Shown here one piece after another: positions 1 to 9,950 of a stretch of DNA of 35,956 nt; position 1 is the stretch's first letter, and every line of letters starts with the position of its first letter. Below the pieces are notes generated by a model. That model searched no databases. It worked only from the letters and a program-made list of their open reading frames with translations, and was not told the origin of the DNA. This DNA is from a virus (Duplodnaviria; Caudoviricetes): positions 1 through 35,956 of IMG/VR virus record IMGVR_UViG_3300012231_000030. The stretch is one strand, 5' to 3'. A program made the position numbers and the translations under genes.

Positions 1-1539
1 CTTGAATTACCTCCTGGGATTTTTCAAGATAGTACGCAATATGCAATTGGCAAGAAATGGTATAAAGCGAACCAGATTCGCTGGGTCAACAATGTCATGG
101 TGCCGGTCGGTGGTTGGCGTACCCTGTTGGATTTTCTGCCGCTCACAAACAAGCCGGTCAGAAAGCTGTTCTCCTGGCGAGATAATCTTAAAGCACCTTG
201 GTTGGCGGCTGGTTCGGAAGACAAATTGATAGGTGTCAATTATGTCAACGGTGTTTTCACCAAGTTCCCCATCACACCCACTTCCTTGAACTGGAACCCT
301 GGCGGGGTAGTTGGCTGGGGCCGTAGAGGCTGGGGCACTGGGCCGTGGGGCATCGATGGTTCTAGCTCCGGCGTTGTCATGGACAGCACGGCGCTGTGGT
401 CGATGGACAATTTCGGCATGTTTCTGGTGGCTGTTCATTCACAGGATGGCCGCTTGTTTCAGTGGGACCCACGGACACCGGCTGCGCCAGCTATAGCTGT
501 GAGTGGGGCGCCTATCGATAACACCCTGGTGTTGGCGACTGAAGAAGAACACGTCATGGTGATGGGCGGCAGGAACAATCCGCGCCGTGTGAAGTGGTGT
601 TCAAGACGAGAGATTAATACTTGGATAGCTGCAGAAAATAACTCTGCCGGTGGATTTGATCTTAAATCAAATGGGGCAATCGTTGCGGCTTGTAAAGTAC
701 AGTCTGGTATTTTGGTTATAACTGATAGTGATGTTCATTTAGTAGAATATGTTGGTCCACCTAACTATTATGGTCGTCGTAAGATCTCTGATGAAGGTGG
801 TATTATCGGGCTTAACACTGTTGCTGCGATTAGAGGCGATGCCATTTGGGCGGATCATGCTAATCTATTTTCATATTCAGGTGGTGTTGTCACAAAAGTA
901 CCATGTACTTTACATACTGAGCTTTTTTATAATTCTAATCTTAGTTTATCGCATCTTGTGCATATGGGTATCAATGAATTTGCTCAAGAATTGTGGATCT
1001 TTTATCCTAATAGAAATAGCTCAGCGCCTGATCACTATGTAGCAATGTCTTATTCACAAGAACCTTATTGGACACAAGGTCAAATTCCTAGAACTGCTTG
1101 GTGTACGCCAGTCTGGCAATCACGACCCATAGCTTGTAATAATACTACTCTTTATGAACACGAATATGGTTCACTTGCTGATGGTGTTAGCCGTAATAAC
1201 GATATTTATGCTGAGACAGGCGCTCTTGAATTATCTACAGAAGAGGATGGTGATGGTGGTCGAGTTATGTGGGTTGATCGTATTTATCAGGATGCTGGTG
1301 AAGAAGGTCCTGGCTTCTCCGTTGGTGATCCTGCTGCATTCACATTAACTTTTAAATTAAAGCAAGCACCTGGTGCTGTAGAAAGATTAGTTGGACCAAT
1401 TATGCTGACTAATCCTAAAGGATATACGACTGTCAGAATGCGAGCTCGTCAGGCTGTTGTACGTGTTAATCAAAATCGTGATGTTACTTGGAAATTTGGT
1501 AAATTAAGGCTACGTATCAGGCCGGGTGGTACGCGATGA
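1..1539 (+). CDS. Tail hub / packaged-DNA stabilisation protein (P22 gp10-like), 5'-truncated
   Basis: The frame is open from base 1 (LELPPGIFQDSTQY...W...IRW...PVGGW), upstream of the listed ATG at 97. The sequence is beta-rich, ends in ...GKLRLRIRPGGTR, and precedes the needle/gp14/ejection genes. Confidence 0.8.
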   Translation, partial: LELPPGIFQDSTQYAIGKKWYKANQIRWVNNVMVPVGGWRTLLDFLPLTNKPVRKLFSWRDNLKAPWLAAGSEDKLIGVNYVNGVFTKFPITPTSLNWNPGGVVGWGRRGWGTGPWGIDGSSSGVVMDSTALWSMDNFGMFLVAVHSQDGRLFQWDPRTPAAPAIAVSGAPIDNTLVLATEEEHVMVMGGRNNPRRVKWCSRREINTWIAAENNSAGGFDLKSNGAIVAACKVQSGILVITDSDVHLVEYVGPPNYYGRRKISDEGGIIGLNTVAAIRGDAIWADHANLFSYSGGVVTKVPCTLHTELFYNSNLSLSHLVHMGINEFAQELWIFYPNRNSSAPDHYVAMSYSQEPYWTQGQIPRTAWCTPVWQSRPIACNNTTLYEHEYGSLADGVSRNNDIYAETGALELSTEEDGDGGRVMWVDRIYQDAGEEGPGFSVGDPAAFTLTFKLKQAPGAVERLVGPIMLTNPKGYTTVRMRARQAVVRVNQNRDVTWKFGKLRLRIRPGGTR

Positions 1540-2111
1540 GGCTTGTCCTTCCAACTGCCATTGAGAAGTACGACCGTCGCAATGAACAGAATTTCCGCGA
1601 ATGGGTTAGGCGGAATATGGAAACTAAACTCGATAATGAGGGCTTACCTGCTTTCTCCGGTGTACCTTTAATGCTAGTGAATGGAACGAATGCTGCATGG
1701 AGTGCTGCAGCTAGTGTTTTAACTAAGGTGCCTTTTAATACTGTAATAACGAACAGTTCATCTCATGTATTTTCTACTTCAGGTAATACCTTCACAGTAA
1801 CTTTTGGTGGTACATATAGATTCTATAGTCATATGTTCCATAATGGTGGTGGTGCAGTTAAAAAAGTGGATATAGCTGTATGTATATTCAAAAATGGAGT
1901 TGAAGTATTACGTAACACAGTACAAAGAGAACTTGATCAAATATGGAATGCAGAGGGCATATTCATAGCTCCTTTGATTGCTGGTGATGTAATTGATCTT
2001 AGAGTAGGTCATACTGAAACAGTAGCTGTTGTGTTTGATTTAACATATTCTAGAATGATGCTTGAACAGATGACACCTAATCCTAATTATAAAGATAGTT
2101 CTAGAATATGA
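1536..2111 (+). CDS. Tail needle-position protein with C-terminal C1q/TNF-like beta-sandwich
   Basis: ATGA overlap with the gp10-like gene. Short helical N-terminus, then KVPFNTV...FSTSGNTFTVTFGGTYRF...IFKNG...LIAGDVIDLRV, a C1q-like pattern. Confidence 0.6.
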   Translation: MRLVLPTAIEKYDRRNEQNFREWVRRNMETKLDNEGLPAFSGVPLMLVNGTNAAWSAAASVLTKVPFNTVITNSSSHVFSTSGNTFTVTFGGTYRFYSHMFHNGGGAVKKVDIAVCIFKNGVEVLRNTVQRELDQIWNAEGIFIAPLIAGDVIDLRVGHTETVAVVFDLTYSRMMLEQMTPNPNYKDSSRI

Positions 2112-2500
2112 ATATACATTATCAAATAGTGCAAGCTATGACCCCGCGATTTGATCGGTGGCGTAAGCATATTAATCGTATCCTTGATACGTTTGATAAT
2201 TATATGACTACTGATGATGTATATAAAGAATGTATTGAATGCAAGAAATTGCTATTTGAAAATGGTAAAGCATTTGCTATAGTCTCTGTTACTGAGCATT
2301 CAAGAGATACACATTTATTTATACAATTTGCTGGTGGTTCTATAGAAGGGATCGATGAATTGGATCCTATCATATACAAATTTGGCCAAACTATAGGTGC
2401 TACAAAAGCTATATTTATTGGCCGTAAAGGTTTTGCAAAAATAATGGGTAAACGAGGCTGGAAACAGCGTTTTATCTACTTGGAAAAGGAGATACACTAA
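2108..2500 (+). CDS. GNAT-fold-like virion assembly protein (P22 gp14 position)
   Basis: 130 aa with the FAGG...GRKGF...GWK pattern, lying between the needle and ejection genes. Confidence 0.55.
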   Translation: MNIHYQIVQAMTPRFDRWRKHINRILDTFDNYMTTDDVYKECIECKKLLFENGKAFAIVSVTEHSRDTHLFIQFAGGSIEGIDELDPIIYKFGQTIGATKAIFIGRKGFAKIMGKRGWKQRFIYLEKEIH

Positions 2501-3204
2501 TGGGTGGCGCTGACGACAGTAAAACTACAAGTAAGCCCCCGCAGTGGTGGGAAGATGCTGCAAAGAAGGCTTTGGCTACTGGTGAAAAAGTAGCTAGAAA
2601 AGGCTATGTGCCTTATATTGGGCCAGATGTTGCAGCATTTGATCCGCAGATGGTTAATGCTATGCAGCAAGCTAACGATTGGTCAGCTGCTTTTATGACA
2701 CCTGGCCAAGCACCTGTAGATGCATCGGCTAGCATCATGCCAGCTACAGATTACGGTAATGGTCTTAAGGGCTATAGTAGTTTCGGTGGATTTGAGGATT
2801 CTATAGCTGCATTGAGAGAAACTTATCCAGGTTTGGCCAATTACCTTGATTCGTTTTTCATTAATCCAACTACAGGCAGGTTCCCTGGCGGTGGAGCTGG
2901 AGGTTTTGGTGGTGATCCAGTAACTCCTCCTGTAACACCACCCACGTCACCTCCTCCTACACCTCCTCCCAGTGGTGGAGGGGGTGGCGGTGGTGGTGGT
3001 CCTGGCAGTAGTCCGCCTCCTCCTGGACAACGTGTGCCAGGTATGCGTGGCCGTTTACCGAATGGTGGTAGATGGAAAATTGATGCAAAGGGTAGACTTG
3101 TTACTTTTGCTCCAACAGGTAGTGGTCCACAGACACAGGATGGTGGCAAAGGTAATTATCGCTCTAGAGAAGGCTATGCTGGCGGTAATCCAGTCAGATT
3201 ATAG
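2500..3204 (+). CDS. Putative ejection / internal virion protein (gp7-like position), Gly/Pro-rich
   Basis: MGG start and the YVPYIGPDVAAF motif seen in podovirus ejection proteins. TAATG coupling and AAGGAG RBS. Confidence 0.6.
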   Translation: MGGADDSKTTSKPPQWWEDAAKKALATGEKVARKGYVPYIGPDVAAFDPQMVNAMQQANDWSAAFMTPGQAPVDASASIMPATDYGNGLKGYSSFGGFEDSIAALRETYPGLANYLDSFFINPTTGRFPGGGAGGFGGDPVTPPVTPPTSPPPTPPPSGGGGGGGGGPGSSPPPPGQRVPGMRGRLPNGGRWKIDAKGRLVTFAPTGSGPQTQDGGKGNYRSREGYAGGNPVRL

Positions 3205-3213
3205 GAGATTACT

Positions 3214-4098
3214 ATGGGTGGTGCAAATCCTTACGGCGGCGGTATGGCGCTTCCACAGCAAGTGCAGGGAGCTTATACTTCTGCACTAGGGACAGCTAGC
3301 CAACTGCCTGGTGCAGGTGCTGCTGCATTAGGACAAGCTGGTGAATATGGTGCTGGTGCTGCTGACATGTTTACTAATATGGGTAGTACTAGCGTACCTG
3401 ATGTAACAGCTGGCCAGTTGTCTACTACGAATTTATCCCCTTATATGAATCCTTATACCCAGAATGTCATTGATACTTCAATGCGAGATCTGAATACTGA
3501 ATTTGGTATTCAACGACAAGGTATTGATGATGAAGCTGAAAGGCAGAATGCCTTTGGCGGTGATCGTCAACACCTTCAAAGCGGTGTATTAGGGGGTAAA
3601 TTTCTGGATACAAAAGCTAGAACATTAGCTGATTTATGGTCTAAAAACTTTACTAATGCTCAAACTATGGGTCAATTCGATATAGGTAATAAACTTACTG
3701 CAGACACAGGCAATGCTGATCGTAGAGCAGGTATGGCTTCTACTGGCGCACAAGGTCTTGGTCAATTATCTCAGCTGTTTGGAGGAGTTGGATCAGATCT
3801 CCTTAAAACTGGTGTAGATTCTATGGGTAATCTAGCTAATTTGGGTTTTGGTTGGGGAGATTCTTTACAAAAGAATCAATTGGCTATGGGTGCTTTAAAA
3901 ACCCAGCAACAGCAGCAGTTAATCGACGCTATACATGCTCAATATTTAGGTCATACTGGTGCACCTGAAAGCTCGTTGTCTGCTTACCTTGGTGCTATCC
4001 TTAATCCGTCGGGTTATGGTAAACAAACAAGCGATCCAAGTACTATTGCAGGAATTGGTAGCATACTGGGCGGCGTTGGTGCCGTTCTTCCCTGGTAG
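3214..4098 (+). CDS. Putative DNA ejection / pilot protein
   Basis: YMNPYTQNVID and AFGGDR motifs, Gly/Ala/Gln-rich, hydrophobic C-terminus. AGGAG RBS. Confidence 0.7.
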   Translation: MGGANPYGGGMALPQQVQGAYTSALGTASQLPGAGAAALGQAGEYGAGAADMFTNMGSTSVPDVTAGQLSTTNLSPYMNPYTQNVIDTSMRDLNTEFGIQRQGIDDEAERQNAFGGDRQHLQSGVLGGKFLDTKARTLADLWSKNFTNAQTMGQFDIGNKLTADTGNADRRAGMASTGAQGLGQLSQLFGGVGSDLLKTGVDSMGNLANLGFGWGDSLQKNQLAMGALKTQQQQQLIDAIHAQYLGHTGAPESSLSAYLGAILNPSGYGKQTSDPSTIAGIGSILGGVGAVLPW

Positions 4099-4105
4099 GT
4101 GATAT

Positions 4106-5902
4106 ATGGCACAATCAGCAGGATCACTTGACGATAGAATTCGTCGCTATGCGATGGCACACGGTATAAGTCCTGATGTTGCTGCTGCTATGCTCAAGTC
4201 TAAAATGGGTACTGGTATACTTAATCAGCTTGCAAATAGTGTCATAGAACCTGCCGGCGGTGAAATGAGTGCCGGCAATGATATGAGTGTTACATTACGT
4301 CAACCTAATATGAATCCTTCACAGCCAAGCTATGAAAGTGGAGGGAATACTGTTAGTGGCTCTGGTTGGGGTAGTAGTATTCGTGACTGGGGTACTGGTA
4401 TTGGTAATCAATTACGTGATATGGTTAACATAGAACCTGCAGGTGGACCGCAAGAACCTAACCAAGGAACTGCTGGTAGTGGTGGATTTGGTGAATACGG
4501 TGGAGTTCCATTAGGTGTTCGTTTAGCTACATTAGGTGGTATTCTTAGCAATTATGGACATTTCGATCCACGTATGCTATCTCCTTTAGTAGCAGCACGA
4601 GAAGCTGACGCAGCTAGAAAAGAACAAGAAAAGCTTGCTGAACAGGCTGAACGTATTGCATCTAATATAGAAGATACAAATCCGGCAGCTGCTGAGGCTA
4701 TAAGGATGGATCCGTCTTTAGTTAAAGACTGGATGAAAGGTGAAATGGATCTAGAGAAAACTTTACGTGTTAAAGAGGTTGAAAACGAATACGCTATTGA
4801 AGATGATACACGTGATGCTAAGCGTGAGCTAAAACTTAAATACCTTGAACGAGGTTGGTCTGAAGCTGATGCTGAGAAAAAAGCGGCTGCTGACTTAGCT
4901 CTTGAAGGTAAAAAGACTGAAGGTGATTTAGCAGTAGAACAACTTAAAATTGATAATGATCCGAAGAGAATTGCTCAAAAAGAATGGACAGAGACTATAA
5001 AGACCTTTAAAACAGATACAGGTCTTGATAAAGCATCTACATTGGATGTTTATAAAACATATACTGATGATCAAGAACTAACATCTACAGAAGCTAAAGC
5101 CTTGGCTAGTTCTAAAACAGAAGAAGAATTCTGGAATAGGCATAATACAATTGTTGATAATCGCACTAAGAAAAAAGAAGTGGCTGCTATGTCTGGTTCT
5201 AAAGTAGCTGCAGATCTAGTCGGTGTAAAGCTAAAAGAAGAGCAATTCCTTGCAAATAGTGCAGAAATACTAGCTGCTGCTGAGGCAGGTTTGCCTTTGC
5301 CAGAGCCTATTCTTAAATGGGCCAAAGGATCTAAGGGTGAAGCTGAAGCTGCTGCTGTTGAAAGTGCTGCAGATAGCAAAATGACAAATCAGCAAAAATC
5401 AGCTAAGAATGTTATTGCTGCTGTTGATAGAGCATTGGAAGGCATTGGTCGTCAAGAACGTGGTGAGTCAGCTACTGGTTTGGGCATAACTAGCATACTT
5501 GGTCAATTGCCAATAGCTACTGAAGCTGGTAATATATACGATGATTTCCAAATCATTAGAGCTAATCTTGGTTTCGATAAACTGCAAGAAATGAGAGACC
5601 AGTCACCGACAGGTGGTGCTCTTGGACCTGTGTCTGATTATGAAAATAGGCTGTTGCAATCTGTTCAGGAAGTACTAAATCAAGGTCGTGACGCTGCAAC
5701 TATGAAACCACGCTTGTTGCGTATAAGGAATACATACGCCAATATTGTTAACGATTTCTCTACTTCGTCCAAGTCTAATCCTGGACAAAGTGTGATGAAG
5801 GAAAACATTGATCTACTATTGGCTGATCCTTCACCTGCAGCTCGTGCTGAATTTGATGAAGTATATGGTGAAGGGACTGCTAAGGCTGTACTGGGTCAAT
5901 AA
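4106..5902 (+). CDS. Putative ejection / internal virion protein
   Basis: 598 aa, largely helical, with the C-terminal ANLGFDKLQEMRDQSPTGGALGPVSDYENRLL motif typical of phage ejection proteins. Confidence 0.65.
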   Translation: MAQSAGSLDDRIRRYAMAHGISPDVAAAMLKSKMGTGILNQLANSVIEPAGGEMSAGNDMSVTLRQPNMNPSQPSYESGGNTVSGSGWGSSIRDWGTGIGNQLRDMVNIEPAGGPQEPNQGTAGSGGFGEYGGVPLGVRLATLGGILSNYGHFDPRMLSPLVAAREADAARKEQEKLAEQAERIASNIEDTNPAAAEAIRMDPSLVKDWMKGEMDLEKTLRVKEVENEYAIEDDTRDAKRELKLKYLERGWSEADAEKKAAADLALEGKKTEGDLAVEQLKIDNDPKRIAQKEWTETIKTFKTDTGLDKASTLDVYKTYTDDQELTSTEAKALASSKTEEEFWNRHNTIVDNRTKKKEVAAMSGSKVAADLVGVKLKEEQFLANSAEILAAAEAGLPLPEPILKWAKGSKGEAEAAAVESAADSKMTNQQKSAKNVIAAVDRALEGIGRQERGESATGLGITSILGQLPIATEAGNIYDDFQIIRANLGFDKLQEMRDQSPTGGALGPVSDYENRLLQSVQEVLNQGRDAATMKPRLLRIRNTYANIVNDFSTSSKSNPGQSVMKENIDLLLADPSPAARAEFDEVYGEGTAKAVLGQ

Positions 5903-7159
5903 ATGCCAAAAGATCAAGGCACTATAAGCAATAGAACAGAGACTAGTTTACGTGACTCTGTTTCACATTGGCTTGCTGATGTTTGGTTTGGCAATACTAA
6001 GGAAGGTGTAGCTAAAGCTCGTAGGCTTGTTAATGTAGCTGAAAACTCACCACTTGGTTTACCTTTATGGGCTAACGATGTAACTAATGCTCTTAAGAAA
6101 GGTGACTATGTAGATGCAGCTGAACTTGCTGCTCTTGGCTTATTGCCCGGTAAAACACCAGCTCTTCACATTAGCCCTAAGAAATTTGAAAAATTTGATA
6201 TAGAAATAGCTAAGCAAGCTAAAGGTACTGGATCTCAAAATCAAGGTACCGGTCATTATTTTATGGAACCAGATAATCCTTCTCAAAGTATGTATAATGA
6301 TGTGTTTTCACACAGTAGAATCTTTGATAAAAATTTTACTGAATGGATTGATGAAGGTGATGTCTATCGTGATTTATTAGCTTTTTCAAATAAAAATTTT
6401 GCTGTACGTAATCCAACAGATGCAGCAGATAGGGGTATGGGTTATTTACTTAAAACTAGTAATGAAGAACCACCTAAAGTTTTAAAAGATTATATTAATT
6501 TACGTTATAAGACTAAATTAGTTAAACCAAATAGGTATGATGTTGCACTTGATGTAGGTGATCCAAATGAATTACCGCAGTATTTTGAACCTTTATCTGC
6601 ACAACCAAATAAATATCGTAATTTAGTAGGAGATTTAGCTTCAACTGCTTATAGGCCAGAACAAGCTGTAATAACGACTAAAGATTTTGAAATGCCTGAG
6701 TATGATATGAATTTAATGAAATTTATGCCAGGTGATACAAAATTTATGACTTCACTTGAATGGCCTACTGGTGCTAATATAGCGAATGTTGGTAAAAGTA
6801 AAGATGAGTCTATGGCTAATGCTTTTAAACAATTAGATGATATACTGACTTTAAATCAAGAAAGGCCTATTGATCTTTATAGCATGTATTATAGAGAGCA
6901 ATTACCTGACATATATAAGGATTTAGGTATGTCTGCTCATAGATATTTTGATCCAGAATCTGGTGGTATAGATCCAAATACAGGTGATATTTTTTCGGCT
7001 GGAAATTATAATAATTTAGTAGTTATGAATGATGATATAATTGAAATATTAAAGCGTACACAATTGGGTGCTGCACCAGTTGGCTTAGGTGCAATGTTAG
7101 CCATGGATGAAGAGCCTAAGCAAAAGCCTAAGAAAAAGGACAAAAAAGATGGCAAATAG
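5903..7159 (+). CDS. Virion-associated protein with ART-PolyVal-like ADP-ribosyltransferase-fold domain
   Basis: LHISPKKFEKFD...GTGSQNQGTGHYF...RYDVALD...GMSAHRYFD...NLVVMNDDIIEILKR resembles the recalled HGSPxxFxxF...GxGxQAYGxGLYF...GIxGIxYxD...NYVVFDD pattern. Confidence 0.55.
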   Translation: MPKDQGTISNRTETSLRDSVSHWLADVWFGNTKEGVAKARRLVNVAENSPLGLPLWANDVTNALKKGDYVDAAELAALGLLPGKTPALHISPKKFEKFDIEIAKQAKGTGSQNQGTGHYFMEPDNPSQSMYNDVFSHSRIFDKNFTEWIDEGDVYRDLLAFSNKNFAVRNPTDAADRGMGYLLKTSNEEPPKVLKDYINLRYKTKLVKPNRYDVALDVGDPNELPQYFEPLSAQPNKYRNLVGDLASTAYRPEQAVITTKDFEMPEYDMNLMKFMPGDTKFMTSLEWPTGANIANVGKSKDESMANAFKQLDDILTLNQERPIDLYSMYYREQLPDIYKDLGMSAHRYFDPESGGIDPNTGDIFSAGNYNNLVVMNDDIIEILKRTQLGAAPVGLGAMLAMDEEPKQKPKKKDKKDGK

Positions 7160-8555
7160 GTTCAAAACTAATCAAGTACCTATTACTGAAGAAACTGTTA
7201 AAAAGAATAGATTTAACAGAGGAGGTGAAAATATACCTCCTTATATGGAACGTGTGCCTATTTCAGCCAGAGAACCTAAGGAAGTAACGCGTGAACAACG
7301 TGTTATGAAGGAATTCAATGCTGCTTCATATCCTAGACAGGCTATGCAAGCTGCAGATGATATGGCTAGGCTATTTTCTACTGGTGCTACGTATAATTCA
7401 CTAGATGCTATGGGTGGGCCAGAAACTAGGTTCGCTACTGATGAAGCTAGAGCCAGGGCTGGTGTACCGGGTACTGTAATGGAAGTAGGTGGTATGGTTG
7501 CTTCACCTATAACTAGGGCCGTTGGTGCTGGAGCTAGGGCCTTAGTTCCTGGAGCAGGAGCAATAGCTACTACAGCTAGAGGAGCTGGTGAAGGCGCTAC
7601 TATAGGTGGTATAGGCGCTTTACTGAGTGGTCGTCCAGAGGACGTTTTCTCCGATATGGGTGTGGGAGCTGCATTGCCTCCTGCTTTAATGGCTGCAGGT
7701 AAAGGAGTTTCTGTATTTTCAAAATATCTAGCTTCAATATTGGCCGGTAAACAACCTGAGTTTTATAAAAAAGCTTATCAAGCTGGGCGAGAGGGCGGAG
7801 CAGTAAATAGAGCCTTTAAAGAAGGCAATTCTGCGGGTGCAGATGACGTTATGTCACCTGAATTAGTTGGACGTTTTGCGTCTAAGAAACAAGGTTGGAA
7901 TGCATCAGCTGAATTTGATCCAATCGGTAATCAACTTACAGATTTCATATTTGATAAGCGTACTGCGGCTAGTATCTATGACCTAACTAAAAAAGAACTG
8001 AAGGATCTGTCTCAAATTAATGATTTAGTTCTTAAAGCTGGTAAAAGAGCTCCTGATATTAGTAATTTAAATGCTCTTCGTACTAAGTTAGGAGCGTATA
8101 ATTCAAGTAAAAAATCTAAAGACTCTACAATCGGTAGACTTGCTACACAGCTGCAGCGTACAATAGAAGAGCAAATTACTAAGCAAAATAAGGTTTATGG
8201 TCGGGATCTAGCTACCTATGGTAGGGGTAAAACTGCATTTGAAGCAGGTAAAAAGCTATCTAAGACTTTGCCTAATGCAAGTTCAATTGGAAATATGGCT
8301 CTTAATGTTGCAGGTATAGGTGCAAGTGCATTAGGCGGAGCTATGTTCAATCCAGCTCTATATGCTGCAATACCTGCTTTAGCCATTGCCGGATCTCCTA
8401 AAGGTGCTGGTAAAGTAGCTAATTTCGTAGGTAAGACTTTGGGTATAGGCGATTTGTTAGCTGGTGGTAAAACTGATGCAGCTATACCCATGGCTATTTA
8501 TAATAACTTAAGCGATGAAGATAAAAAGAAGCTTAGGGACTTAGGCAAGCGGTAA
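7149..8555 (+). CDS. Putative ejection protein (last gene of the virion operon)
   Basis: Likely start MANRFK at 7149, after AAGGA. Gly/Ala-rich hydrophobic segments; position matches P22 gp16-like genes. Confidence 0.6.
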   Translation: MANRFKTNQVPITEETVKKNRFNRGGENIPPYMERVPISAREPKEVTREQRVMKEFNAASYPRQAMQAADDMARLFSTGATYNSLDAMGGPETRFATDEARARAGVPGTVMEVGGMVASPITRAVGAGARALVPGAGAIATTARGAGEGATIGGIGALLSGRPEDVFSDMGVGAALPPALMAAGKGVSVFSKYLASILAGKQPEFYKKAYQAGREGGAVNRAFKEGNSAGADDVMSPELVGRFASKKQGWNASAEFDPIGNQLTDFIFDKRTAASIYDLTKKELKDLSQINDLVLKAGKRAPDISNLNALRTKLGAYNSSKKSKDSTIGRLATQLQRTIEEQITKQNKVYGRDLATYGRGKTAFEAGKKLSKTLPNASSIGNMALNVAGIGASALGGAMFNPALYAAIPALAIAGSPKGAGKVANFVGKTLGIGDLLAGGKTDAAIPMAIYNNLSDEDKKKLRDLGKR

Positions 8556-8700
8556 TTTTATTCTTTATTACTGTACAACTCCTAATAGGCTCTGGTGGTG
8601 GCGCTGGTACGCGACCGAGTTGAAATCCCCAATATAGCAACATAAATAATAATAACGTAGATAAGATCTTAATTCGGTTTTTGACTACTAGGTTCAGCAT
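8533..8700 (-). CDS. Small membrane protein (hypothetical)
   Basis: The ATG at 8700 gives MLNLVVKNRIKILSTLLLFMLLYWGFQLG..., one hydrophobic helix. Its 3' end overlaps the convergent + gene by 23 nt. Confidence 0.4.
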   Translation of the reverse strand: MLNLVVKNRIKILSTLLLFMLLYWGFQLGRVPAPPPEPIRSCTVIKNKITACLSP

Positions 8701-9130
8701 GAAAATGAGTAGCTTTTTTAAGAAGGTAACGATAGCAATGTTCCAACGATTTACCATCATGCAGCATCTTCTGTATTTCTGCCGTTGTAGCTTCTCTGTT
8801 ATAAATAATTGCATTGCAGTAAGGTTCATCAGATAAATCTACCTTATAACGTTCTCTAGCATATTTACTCACTGACAACAGCATTTGTAATCTTTCATCG
8901 TACTCTTGTATACACATAGCTACATACTTAGTATCTATTTTATTTTCACTAAATTCATCTAGCATAGGTCTAAACTTATATTCAAAAGCATCCAATATAC
9001 GTGTAGCTTTATCACTCAATATATCAATATTATATTGATCCTTTAGCTCTTTTTGAAGGCGCTTAAAGCACTCTTTCAATTCAGCTGGTACGTCTTCACC
9101 TTCCCGCTGAATGATTAAGATTATGGGCAT
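8669..9130 (-). CDS. Hypothetical protein
   Basis: 153-aa ORF with GGGAG RBS in the leftward operon; no recognisable motif. Confidence 0.6.
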   Translation of the reverse strand: MPIILIIQREGEDVPAELKECFKRLQKELKDQYNIDILSDKATRILDAFEYKFRPMLDEFSENKIDTKYVAMCIQEYDERLQMLLSVSKYARERYKVDLSDEPYCNAIIYNREATTAEIQKMLHDGKSLEHCYRYLLKKATHFHAEPSSQKPN

Positions 9131-9257
9131 TTAGCTGCTCCCTTAGTTCTGAAAGCTCAGCTTCCTGAGCAAGAGTCTTGGACCAGTTTTCTCTAACAGT
9201 TTGTTCTAAACGTGTAATACGTTCAGTAAGCTTTTCCAACTGATCCAAGTATTGCAT
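9096..9257 (-). CDS. Small coiled-coil protein (53 aa, absent from the ORF track)
   Basis: TAATG coupling to the 9257-9526 stop. Translates as MQYLDQLEKLTERITRLEQTVRENWSKTLAQEAELSELREQLNAHNLNHSAGR. Confidence 0.6.
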   Translation of the reverse strand: MQYLDQLEKLTERITRLEQTVRENWSKTLAQEAELSELREQLNAHNLNHSAGR

Positions 9258-9526
9258 TAGAGTTTCTCCAAGAAATCTTTGGTTTCTTTTAGATATTCAA
9301 TCATACCATGTATACTTTTATATTTATTATTTAATTCTACTAGTTTTTCAAATCTATTGGGTTCAGCTTCTTCTATATCCACTCTGCCATTGAGCAGATT
9401 TTTTTCTTTCAAGTACTCATCACCAAGTATTACCTCGACTTGTGACAGGGGTGCTATAGCCTGGTCTATTAGACCAATAACACTATGTAACTTGGCTTTA
9501 TTCTCTGGTAACATTGGATCCTCCAT
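9257..9526 (-). CDS. Hypothetical helical protein
   Basis: 89-aa ORF; the start may be the second Met, which follows GGAGG. Confidence 0.55.
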   Translation of the reverse strand: MEDPMLPENKAKLHSVIGLIDQAIAPLSQVEVILGDEYLKEKNLLNGRVDIEEAEPNRFEKLVELNNKYKSIHGMIEYLKETKDFLEKL

Positions 9527-9546
9527 TGGGTCTGAAAAACCTAGTC

Positions 9547-9626
9547 GTAGTCGGTAAAGACGTAGAAGTAAAGAGTCTAAGTGCTTGATATTGTTAGATA
9601 ATTTTTAACCTCTTTACCGCTACTAC
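9547..9626. promoter_or_regulatory. IHF-consensus site flanked by iteron-like repeats (locus A)
   Basis: 9578-9590 reads TATCAAGCACTTA on the - strand, matching WATCAANNNNTTR. GTAG-N2-3-GTAAAGA occurs at 9547-9560 and 9562-9574, and inverted at 9611-9623. Confidence 0.6.
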
Positions 9627-9662
9627 AGGCATATGTCTGTAGTTGAGTGTAAACTAGCAACT

Positions 9663-9950
9663 TTAACTGTCATTTTTTATAGCATAAGGATTAAAACTGG
9701 TTTTAAATCTCTTTTTAGCCCTCCATTTTCTAGTGCGTTCACGCCAACTCTCAGCTGTTTCTTTAGGATGTTCTTTACGCCATATTTTCATATAGTTATT
9801 CCTTCTAGTTTTATGATGGTCATTCCAATCCTTATCGGATTCTTTTTTCTTTTCTCTATAGCATATATAACATATATTAAGTTTATCTTGTAATGAAGGT
9901 GGTAATCCTTCACCTTGGTGTCGCCTACCACATTTAGGACATTCTCTCAT
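9663..9950 (-). CDS. Small Zn-finger, basic protein
   Basis: CPKC...CYIC followed by a Lys/Arg-rich helix. GGAG RBS. Confidence 0.6.
   Translation of the reverse strand: MRECPKCGRRHQGEGLPPSLQDKLNICYICYREKKKESDKDWNDHHKTRRNNYMKIWRKEHPKETAESWRERTRKWRAKKRFKTSFNPYAIKNDS

Noticed and set aside
2880-3025. GGT/CCT-rich low-complexity tract
   Set aside because: It is explained by the poly-Pro/poly-Gly linker of the encoded protein.
8533-8700. Small TM ORF as a holin
   Set aside because: No endolysin or spanin is nearby, and it lies in the replication-strand operon.
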